Assembly: GCA_963675595.2 (NCBI GenBank)
Contig: CAXXLZ010000003.1
Location: 217,358 to 281,357, forward strand
Direction: 5' to 3'
Length of the DNA: 64,000 nucleotides
Source: Thermodesulfobacteriota bacterium
Lineage (GTDB): Bacteria > Desulfobacterota > Desulfarculia > JACQYL01
The notes below the pieces were generated by a model. That model did no database searches and was not told the DNA's origin. It saw only the letters and a list, made by a program, of their open reading frames with translations. Shown one piece after another: positions 56,930 through 64,000 of this stretch (positions are counted from its first letter, which is position 1; the number at the start of each line of letters is the position of its first letter). The position numbers and the translations under genes are program-made.

Positions 56930-59749
56930 TCATGATTCGAAAATCTCCGGAAGGAGGTGATAGAGCCTTATGGTTTTCCGCAGCGCACAGACGTATTGAC
57001 TGCACGCGGACTTCCCGTCCCTCCCCGGAATCATCAGACCGCGATCGATGAGCCCCCTGGATACCAACTTGTTATCGAACCCGGCGCAGAGCTCAGTCCG
57101 GAAGACCTCAGGGAGCACGAAGTAGTGAACACCGTCGGCCTCTAAGGATTTGAAACCAGCCCGCTTGATCGTCGGACGGGCTTTTTCTCTGATTCGTTCG
57201 TTGTCCTCCGACAAGTCCTCCGTGTCGCCGCGCATCGGCGCAAAGCGACTGTCCCCATCTTGCTCCAAGAAGTGCCGAATCTGGGCCAAAGCAGCGTGCA
57301 TTTCCCGGGGGCCGGCAGTGCCCCGCTGTTCCAGCCAGTCCTTGAAACAGGCCTCGGCCGCCTTCGAGGCGGTGCCTTCCGGCCATGGAAGGACCTTCAG
57401 GTTGGAGGCAAATTCCCCTGCGGCGGCTACCAGGCCGAATCGCTGAAGCGCGCGAAAAACTTGGCCGTCCGCGCCCTCCGGGCGCTGCTCGGAACTGAAG
57501 TCCCGTCGGAAGTCTTCAATTTGCTTTTTCAGTTCGTCCAGGCGAGAAGTAATCCCTTCCAAGAAAGCCCGCGCCGGTGTACCATAAAATCGACCGGTCA
57601 AGTCCTTCAGGTGCCGGGCGAAAGCGTCGGCTGATGGGAAACCGTGCAACTCCTCGAACAGCCCCAACCCGGCTCCGGCGTCGGCCGGGATGTCCAGAAC
57701 CCGGACTTCTTGACCAGCCGTCGCTTTCAAACCGGACTCCGAGACCTTGTCGGCCAGGCTCAACTCGCCGGTGGAGAGGAAGAGGGTCCGCCATTGCGCC
57801 ACGGGCCTTGGCGATGCATTTGGGCGTAGCCGCGCCTTACCTTGACCGTTGGCCAGAAGATAGGCGGTCTCACCCGCTTGGTTCCCAGAAATTTGCGAGA
57901 TTTCATCCAGGCAGAGAAGAATATCACAGTGAGCCAAAGCCACGGCTTCCAAGGCATTCGAAGTCGCACGCCACTGCGAAATGTACCCGTGGTCGCCGCC
58001 ACCACAAACGGAACCGGCAACGCGAAGTGCCGTGGTTTTGCCGCAGCTCGAAGGGCCACGGAAGTGAAATCCCCCGGACTCCTCGCCGAGGACCCCGACC
58101 AAAGTCGCAGCGAATGCGCAGGAAACCGCGAAGATCAGACGCGAATTCCCCAGGCAAAGGCGACCGATTTCGTCGCGCCATTCATCCAGGGTCCCTGCGA
58201 TCTGCAGACGGTGAGTCGTGGTGGTGCGGGTCTGGAGTGCGATGGTCTCCTCGTCTTCCCCGCCGATGGTGCCATCCGGCAGAACGAACCGATCACCGTG
58301 CCAACCGATCCGGTCCACGCAGCGGATTCGGTCGGCAGGATCGGAGTCTGTGAGGTACGTCTCAAGGGCGGTTTTGGCCTTGGGGTCCGTTCCAAGCCTC
58401 ACACCCTGGAAAAGCAGTTGTTTCCGCAGTTCAGCCCCGTTCCCGCCCAGGAGGCTGATGGGTACGGCCCACCGGTGGACCTCCCCGTCCGGATCGGTGA
58501 ATTCGATGAGTCGGCCCCAATCCGCGCTCTCCGAGTTCCGGGTCAAAGCGATGACGCGTAACGGCGAGCAGACCTTGATCCACTCGGTGGCTTTGATGCC
58601 TTTACGCGTGACTTCATTGGCGTACCAGACCCCCTGCTCATCGGTTTTGAAGGGCCAAGATTTCACCGTGTGCTCCCCAGGACGCGATTTTGCAGATTTG
58701 TCGGAATAGTCAGGTTTTTTCGCCTTTTCGATCATTCTTTTGATGATTTCCCCGTGGCCGGCCATCAAAAGCTCGTTTGTATCTTTCAAGCCGTCCGGTG
58801 CCAAGTCCCAATCCACGACACGACATTGACCCCGGAGAAGCTCGATGCCTCTGGCTGTGGCCTTTCGGCCCGCATCGTCCCCGTCGAAAAAGAGGATTGG
58901 CAGAGAGTAGTTCAGCTGAAACCTTTCGAGCGCTTTGGTGTTCGACGCCGAAAATAGCGCAGCGACGTTCATGCTCGGCATGACCGCAAGGACCGACAAA
59001 GCGTCGAAGACCGCTTCCGTGATAACCACCGGGGCCTGTATCCTATAGACGAAAACCCCTGCCGTAGAGCCTTTGATGAAGAGCTTGTCCCGGCCCTTCT
59101 GGGCCAAGTGTTTGGGAATGACTCGTTGGATGCCCACAACGGGAGAGTTCCCTGCATGATCGCTGCTCCTGGAGGGGAACAGCACGGAAGGGGGATACTT
59201 GCCGTTGCTGGGCGAGAACCCTACTGTACCAACCTCGCGGAGCATTGGGAGCACTTCGGCGAGCCCCCGCCTCCCGAACTCGGCGATAACTTCCGGAGGA
59301 GGGGGAACTTTGGTGGACTTGGCGAACATGACGGAGAAGTCCGGAGTGGTCTTCTTTGACGAGGTTCGAACCTCAGAGTTAGCTCTTGAGACTGTTCGGT
59401 TGCCGTTTCCGAGTCCCAGCTCTTCCGAGAGCGCCCGCACTGACGCCTTGAAGTCCAACCCGGTTCCCGCCCGGTAGAGGTCGATCACGTCGAAGCTCCT
59501 TGAGCATTTCCCGAAACAGTGTGCACGTTCATTCTTGAGGGACATGCTTGGGTTGGTGTCTTCATGACATGGACAAATCACGTTTCCCGATTCACGGTAC
59601 AGGTCTGGCCAGAATCGACGGAACATGTCTCGACAGTCGGTCAGGCCCTTAATCTTAGCAACCAGATCGCCCCTATGGCCCGAGATATCGTTTCCGGGAC
59701 TGGTACCTGGTGACACCTGGGTATTTCGACTCGTGATCTCCAAAGTCAC
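56930..59749 (-). CDS. bifunctional DNA primase / replicative helicase (CHC2 zinc finger + Toprim + DUF927 + P-loop)
   Basis: CPCHEDTNPSMSL..HCFGKC zinc finger, Toprim-like FFDGDDAGRKA, DUF927-like block IGWHGDRFVLPDG, and Walker A GPSSCGKTTAL. GTG at 59749 gives a GTGA overlap with the excisionase stop. Confidence 0.85.
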   Translation of the reverse strand: MTLEITSRNTQVSPGTSPGNDISGHRGDLVAKIKGLTDCRDMFRRFWPDLYRESGNVICPCHEDTNPSMSLKNERAHCFGKCSRSFDVIDLYRAGTGLDFKASVRALSEELGLGNGNRTVSRANSEVRTSSKKTTPDFSVMFAKSTKVPPPPEVIAEFGRRGLAEVLPMLREVGTVGFSPSNGKYPPSVLFPSRSSDHAGNSPVVGIQRVIPKHLAQKGRDKLFIKGSTAGVFVYRIQAPVVITEAVFDALSVLAVMPSMNVAALFSASNTKALERFQLNYSLPILFFDGDDAGRKATARGIELLRGQCRVVDWDLAPDGLKDTNELLMAGHGEIIKRMIEKAKKPDYSDKSAKSRPGEHTVKSWPFKTDEQGVWYANEVTRKGIKATEWIKVCSPLRVIALTRNSESADWGRLIEFTDPDGEVHRWAVPISLLGGNGAELRKQLLFQGVRLGTDPKAKTALETYLTDSDPADRIRCVDRIGWHGDRFVLPDGTIGGEDEETIALQTRTTTTHRLQIAGTLDEWRDEIGRLCLGNSRLIFAVSCAFAATLVGVLGEESGGFHFRGPSSCGKTTALRVAGSVCGGGDHGYISQWRATSNALEAVALAHCDILLCLDEISQISGNQAGETAYLLANGQGKARLRPNASPRPVAQWRTLFLSTGELSLADKVSESGLKATAGQEVRVLDIPADAGAGLGLFEELHGFPSADAFARHLKDLTGRFYGTPARAFLEGITSRLDELKKQIEDFRRDFSSEQRPEGADGQVFRALQRFGLVAAAGEFASNLKVLPWPEGTASKAAEACFKDWLEQRGTAGPREMHAALAQIRHFLEQDGDSRFAPMRGDTEDLSEDNERIREKARPTIKRAGFKSLEADGVHYFVLPEVFRTELCAGFDNKLVSRGLIDRGLMIPGRDGKSACSQYVCALRKTIRLYHLLPEIFES

Positions 59750-59982
59750 GCCTGGGCTCCGGTGTCGGAAGTAGATCGCCGTTTGGCTTGGTCGGCCCAA
59801 GCGTCAAGGTCTCGGACGTCATACAGGACGCGCCGACCAAATTTTCGGAAAACCGGGCCACGCCCGGTGCCCCGGAACTTCTGGAGCGTTCTTGGAGAAA
59901 GGTTGAGCCTCATCGCCGCTTCGATTTCGGGCACAAAACGCGTGAACATGCGCATACCGCCTTTCAGTTTGTTAATTTTCAA
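59746..59982 (-). CDS. AlpA/excisionase-family HTH protein
   Basis: LNLSPRTLQKFRGTGRGPVFRKFGRRVLYDVRDLDAWA is the typical excisionase/AlpA HTH. The start could be TTG at 59982 or ATG at 59955. Confidence 0.75.
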   Translation of the reverse strand: MKINKLKGGMRMFTRFVPEIEAAMRLNLSPRTLQKFRGTGRGPVFRKFGRRVLYDVRDLDAWADQAKRRSTSDTGAQA

Positions 59983-60607
59983 AGTAATTTAGCATGGTTA
60001 TGTGGATATGGGAAATCTTGAAGGGAACGGTTTCGGGCAACCTGATCGCAAAAGAAGGAGGCATGGGTGTCTCCATGATCTCTTGATTTCGCAGTTTTAC
60101 TCCGATTTGAATCGAATTTAAAAAAGGTGGGACCTCGATCAAAAAAAGAAAGTTTTCACATACCATGCCTGTTTGGCTGTTTTGGGCATGGTTATTGCAT
60201 GGGCTTGCTGAGGCAGAACCACCCTGAATGATGTGCCGAAAGAGCCGGCAATATCTGCACTGCCGGGATGACGGCATGGAAAAGTCCCATGAGACATTCC
60301 TGTGAGGCGCGATTCAGCGGAACGGACTGTGGGGGCGTTGTCTTGTCTTGCGAATCAAAAAGAAAGTCTTTTGGGTTGGGCGCGAAACCTCATCCGATCG
60401 AGACAACATCGGTAATGTGGATGCGTAATCCGTACCCCAATTCATGGGTGGGTCAATCTTCCGGGGTTGAGGTCGCGGAAAGGGTGAAGGTCTCGGAATG
60501 ACGGGGAAAGGAATGTTTCCTGTTTCTAAGTCACCAGCCTTGCATACGTTTTGCTTACCCGATAGAAGCTCCTTTCGGTCTGCTTTCCACTAACTCATTG
60601 ATCTTAT

Positions 60608-60667
60608 TGGTGCCCCCGGCAGAACTCGAACCTGAGACACCCGGATTAGAATTCCGGATAGGGGCAC
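60608..60667 (-). pseudogene. tRNA-Arg(UCU)-like fragment lacking a D arm
   Basis: The minus strand reads GTGCCCC-TAT-CCGGA-ATTCTAA-TCCGG-GTGTC-TCAGG-TTCGAGT-TCTGC-CGGGGGCACCA. That gives an anticodon arm, a T arm, a 3' acceptor and CCA, but no D arm. Confidence 0.5.
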
Positions 60668-60834
60668 TCAAGATACTTGTCCCTTACTGCCTTCCTCCGA
60701 TGTCGATAGATAAGCGGAAATTGGCTGAAAGGACGTGGCCGAGTGGTGGTGTAATCTTTCAAGAACGAATTGATCGGTATTGAGCGGTATACCCGTTGAA
60801 TCGCCTTGCTGATCGGAGGACTTGCGAAAATATA

Positions 60835-62055
60835 CTATTCTTTATGATTATGCCTTATTATTGAGATCATCTTCTGCTGAACCGGTCTTGACATGGCTTC
60901 GTTGATCTTCTCTCCTATCAGTTCGGCGGCCGCGCGAAGCGGATCATTGGCAAGATGGGCATACCTGGCTGTGGTTGCCGGCTGGGAATGTCCCAGCAGG
61001 GCGCCGAGCAAAGGCAACCCCAGGCCTGCGGCTGCGGCAACGCTCGCGAAGGAATGCCTCAAGTCGTGGCACCGGACATCGGGAATATCGGCTCGCTTCC
61101 GGATTCTCCGCCATGGCTTGTTTAAATTGACGAGATGCTTTCCGGGCACCTCCCCGGGAATCACGTAGGGATTGAGTTCCATCCTGGGCAACGTCTCCAG
61201 AACCTCCAACGCCGGGCCGTTCAGCATGATCTCCTTGGCGCCGGTTTTGGAGTCCTCCAAATGCAGACATCCCCGATCAAGGTCCACATCCTTCCATTTC
61301 AATGAAAGTATCTCGTTCAACCGAGCGCCGGTCAGCAGGAGCAGTCGAATGGCCGCAACGGCGAACGGCGACTCGCTACTGTCGGTTTCCGCTTCGGCCA
61401 ATGTAGCGCCGAGGTGGGCGAGTTCGTCACCGTTGAGATATCGTTTTCGGGCCGTTTCCTTGAATTTCTGCACTCGCGTGCAAGGGTTGGCATTCTCCGG
61501 CCGGAGCCCCCAAACCTCGGCCAAGTTAAACAGCTTGGAGAGTAGGGCCAGCACTCGATTCGCCGCGTATGGGGTTTTCCTCAGCTTGTGGTGCAGTCGT
61601 GCGATGTCCGCTCGATTCACTTCCTTGACTTGCTTCTTGCCGAGGTTTGGGAGCACGTGCAGATCGATCATGCTGTTATCGGTCCGCCGGCTGTTCGGCT
61701 TTTTCTTGGCAAGATGTCTCTCACGATACATCTCCACGAGTCGGTCGACGGTTTCGGCTGATCGGGCCTCCGAGCGTGTCACAACGGGATCCTCGCCTTG
61801 GCCGATACGGACCACAAGGGCGCGTGCTTGGTCTCTTGCCTGGTCGATGGTGAGCACTCCGTATCTGCCGATGGTGAAGCGCCGCGAGGTTCCGGCTGCA
61901 TTCCGATATTGGAGGATAAAGAACTTCTTCCCGTTGGGAAGCACCAGCACTCCGAAGCCCGGCACGAGGTCATCCCAGAGGTACTTGCGTTTTGTGTCAA
62001 CAATAACGGCGTCCACCATTTTTTTTGTCAGTTTTGCCAATGAGTTACCCTCCAA
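60835..62055 (-). CDS. int: tyrosine-type site-specific integrase (DUF4102 arm-binding N-terminus)
   Basis: N-terminal LTKKMVDAV..YLWDDLVPGFGVLVLPNGKKFFILQYR; catalytic HDLRHSFAS and the ..ARYAHL Tyr region. TTG at 62040 (SD GGAGG at 62049-62053) is an alternative start. Confidence 0.9.
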   Translation of the reverse strand: MEGNSLAKLTKKMVDAVIVDTKRKYLWDDLVPGFGVLVLPNGKKFFILQYRNAAGTSRRFTIGRYGVLTIDQARDQARALVVRIGQGEDPVVTRSEARSAETVDRLVEMYRERHLAKKKPNSRRTDNSMIDLHVLPNLGKKQVKEVNRADIARLHHKLRKTPYAANRVLALLSKLFNLAEVWGLRPENANPCTRVQKFKETARKRYLNGDELAHLGATLAEAETDSSESPFAVAAIRLLLLTGARLNEILSLKWKDVDLDRGCLHLEDSKTGAKEIMLNGPALEVLETLPRMELNPYVIPGEVPGKHLVNLNKPWRRIRKRADIPDVRCHDLRHSFASVAAAAGLGLPLLGALLGHSQPATTARYAHLANDPLRAAAELIGEKINEAMSRPVQQKMISIIRHNHKE

Positions 62056-62056
62056 G

Positions 62057-62078
62057 TCGTGTCAGCAATATGTCAACA
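62057..62078 (+). repeat. 22-nt repeat copy 2 (TCGTGTCAGCAATATGTCAACA)
   Basis: Immediately upstream of the int start. Partner of 45997-46018. Confidence 0.6.
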
Positions 62079-62194
62079 TCAGGCGTCAAAATTGGGAGTA
62101 TTTTAGGGTAGAACCGATGATTTAATCAAGGATAACATACTGAAAAAGCGAATAAAGGAGTATTGTGTGTCAGCAGGGAGTAGTGTGGATTTAC

Positions 62195-62256
62195 GATTCG
62201 TAATCATCAGGTCGGCGGTTCGAGTCCGCCCGGTGGCTCCATAAAATCAATAGGTT
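62195..62256 (+). repeat. attR: 62-bp direct repeat (tRNA-Thr 3' fragment)
   Basis: Identical to 45907-45968. The 5' part of the tRNA is absent here. Confidence 0.95.
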
Positions 62257-62961
62257 GTGCAGAGTTCCCTTTAATGTTTTCCAGATTGGGAAGCATATGG
62301 GAAGCGCAAGAACCGATTTCGATTCAAGAAGCCCTGGACAAGCGTCCCGGGCTTTCGTCGTTTTGGTTCCTGATAAATCCCGTTGTACCGCACTGCCGCT
62401 GTCCTCGGCTCCGGCTCTTTCCCAAGGCAGGCCCGTGACTGATTGAATGCGGCACCTTCCAAAGTGCGCACGAAGATTTCCAAGCCCTTCTCGCCGTAAA
62501 ATCCGCCGGAATTTGCAATCCTTAACGAGTAATCCCCGCCGATTTGGTGCATGACGTGGGAAACGGCCTGCAATTCACTGTGATAAAGACCAAATCCGTG
62601 CTATGTGAATCCGTAACGGCAATGTCTGAAAATTCCATTTCCTATTCATAGTGTGAGCATTCGACTTCATTGGAAACTCCGCACGCACGGAGCCTCTACA
62701 AGGTAGACCTCAATGAACAACTTCGGAGAAAACAGGCTTCATCCGGCCGGTGGCGGACCTCATGCACGGCCCCTTGTACTTGTCGATAAGGTCGGCGCAA
62801 GTATCAACATGCTCCGTGGATGCCGCGCCGCCCCTATTTCCGCCGCCGTGACGGGCCGGGTCGACGTGCGTGGGGAGCTGACGTTTGAGAGGAAATCGTC
62901 GTTCCATTCGATTGCGGGTGTCAAGCCCCCAGTTTTTGGTCCAGGAGTTATGAGAGTTTTA

Positions 62962-63930
62962 TCATGACTCGCGGTTTTCCATCCCCGGCCCTTGGGGCCT
63001 CGGCGAAGCCGAGCTGAGCGAGGCGGAGTCGAGGCCCCAAGGGCTCGCCGCGAACTGGGCCGGGGTCATGTAATTCAATGCACTGTGCGGTCTTTCCTCG
63101 TTATAGGCTTTCCGCCATTTGGCGGCCAGAGTCTGCGCTTCCTTGATGTTGTTGAAAATTTCCATGTTCAAGAATTCATCCCGAAAACGGCTGTTGAAAC
63201 TTTCCACGTACCCGTTCTGCCAAGGGGCTCCCGGCTCGACGAAAAGGGTTCCCACTCCCAGGTCTTTCAGCCAGTTTCTCACCTTTTGGGCTATAAATTC
63301 GGGACCGTTATCCGATCGAATGCCCGTTGGAACTCCCCGCTCGCCCATCAATCGGCTCAGCTCGTTCAAAACGTCTTCACCCGTAATGGAGCGGTTGATC
63401 CTCAGGGCCAGGTTTTCCCGAGTAAACTCGTCGACAATGGCCAAGCACTTGAACTGACGGCCGTCGACCAAGCGGTCATGAATGAAATCCAACGTCCAGA
63501 CATCATTTGCAAAAGCCGCCTTACGCTTGTTGCACGCATTGGCATCAACTCCCAGGAAGCGTTTCTTCTTGGCTTTTCGAGGTGCCTTGAATCCTTCCTC
63601 TTTCCAAAGTCTATGAATTCGCTTGTAGTTTACCGCCCACCCCGCATCACGCAGCAGCCGAGTGATCCTACGGCATCCAAAACGGGGATGTTCTCCAACC
63701 AACCGGTGAAGAGCCTTGATCAGTTCCACCTCATCGTCCCGTTCCTTCGGCTCATAACGTTGGGTGGATCGGTGTTGACCGGCTACGCGGCAGGCCCGAC
63801 GCTCTGAAGCGGCATGTTCACTTCGAACATAATCAACCGCTTTCCTACGACGCGCCGGGCTTAGAAGTTTCCCTCCGCAAGATCCTTCAGCATTGCCTTG
63901 TCCAACATCAGATCGGCGACCAGCTTTTTT
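62962..63930 (-). CDS. IS3-family transposase OrfB (DDE/rve), expressed as an OrfAB fusion by -1 frameshift
   Basis: LLSPARRRKAVDYV..SERRACR.. HTH_21-like region, then an rve core (WTLDF, SDNGPEF, PWQNGYVESFN). The frame is open upstream of the GTG at 63729, back to the A6G site. Confidence 0.85.
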   Translation of the reverse strand, partial: KKAGRRSDVGQGNAEGSCGGKLLSPARRRKAVDYVRSEHAASERRACRVAGQHRSTQRYEPKERDDEVELIKALHRLVGEHPRFGCRRITRLLRDAGWAVNYKRIHRLWKEEGFKAPRKAKKKRFLGVDANACNKRKAAFANDVWTLDFIHDRLVDGRQFKCLAIVDEFTRENLALRINRSITGEDVLNELSRLMGERGVPTGIRSDNGPEFIAQKVRNWLKDLGVGTLFVEPGAPWQNGYVESFNSRFRDEFLNMEIFNNIKEAQTLAAKWRKAYNEERPHSALNYMTPAQFAASPWGLDSASLSSASPRPQGPGMENRES

Positions 63931-64000
63931 AAGCGTGCATTTTCCTTTTCCAGTTCTTTTAGCCGTTTGGCCTCCTCAGCCTTCATCCCCCCATACTGGT
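63861..64000 (-). CDS. IS3-family transposase OrfA (C-terminal part only in window)
   Basis: ..MKAEEAKRLKELEKENARLKKLVADLMLDKAMLKDLAEGNF* is a leucine-zipper end typical of IS3 OrfA. Confidence 0.8.
   Translation of the reverse strand, partial: QYGGMKAEEAKRLKELEKENARLKKLVADLMLDKAMLKDLAEGNF

Larger units (their letters stand above)
45907..62256. mobile_element. tRNA-Thr-integrated genomic island / satellite-like integrative element (unique DNA 45969-62194, about 16.2 kb)
   Basis: Perfect 62-bp att repeats. The integrase lies next to attR. It also carries an excisionase, a primase-helicase, iterons, and cargo with atypical composition and decayed genes. Confidence 0.9.
62919..64000 (-). mobile_element. 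IS3-family insertion sequence (partial, continues beyond the window)
   Basis: orfA/orfB organisation with frameshift signals. The putative terminal inverted repeat starts TGTCAAGCCCCCAG at 62919 (the TG..GCCCCCA pattern of IS3/IS407-like ends). This boundary is tentative. Confidence 0.75.

Overview
The window is about 55-60% GC (hand counts of sample lines). Gene content (many sigma54/two-component genes, DapL-type lysine pathway) hints at a deltaproteobacterium-like anaerobe, but taxonomy cannot be established from this window alone.

**1-45.9 kb: core chromosome.**
- A translationally coupled operon of three dynamin-like/HSR1-type GTPases.
- ribBA, pcnB, an AsmA-family protein, a GAF histidine kinase, a TlpA-like thioredoxin and a sigma54-dependent response regulator.
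- A 271-nt Alu-domain-containing (large-type) SRP RNA.
- hisC, cmk-rpsA-sppA-ihfB, an ATP-grasp/RNase II-family pair and xerC-hslVU.
- A long arg/dap block: argBDFGH, lptM-like, dapF-dapA-dapB-dapL.
- folK, transaldolase, a lytic transglycosylase, tRNA-Gly, pncB and tRNA-Thr(CGU).

**45.9-62.3 kb: a 16.2-kb integrative element in tRNA-Thr.**
- It is bounded by perfect 62-bp direct repeats.
- Its core looks like a phage satellite or P4-type element: a tyrosine integrase, an AlpA-like excisionase, a CHC2/Toprim/DUF927 primase-helicase and a cluster of octamer iterons.
- Its cargo is a decayed type I R-M locus (frameshifted XRE, C-truncated hsdM, no hsdS, C-terminal hsdR stub) plus a lower-GC cassette.
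- The cassette encodes a Zn-ribbon/TM protein, a DjlA-like TerB+J-domain protein and a secreted trypsin-like protease fused to an FGE-sulfatase domain, with a convergent lipoprotein. I could not assign it to any described system, and it is my top candidate for a novel system.

**62.9-64.0 kb:** a partial IS3-family element with programmed-frameshift signals.

No CRISPR array or rRNA was seen.
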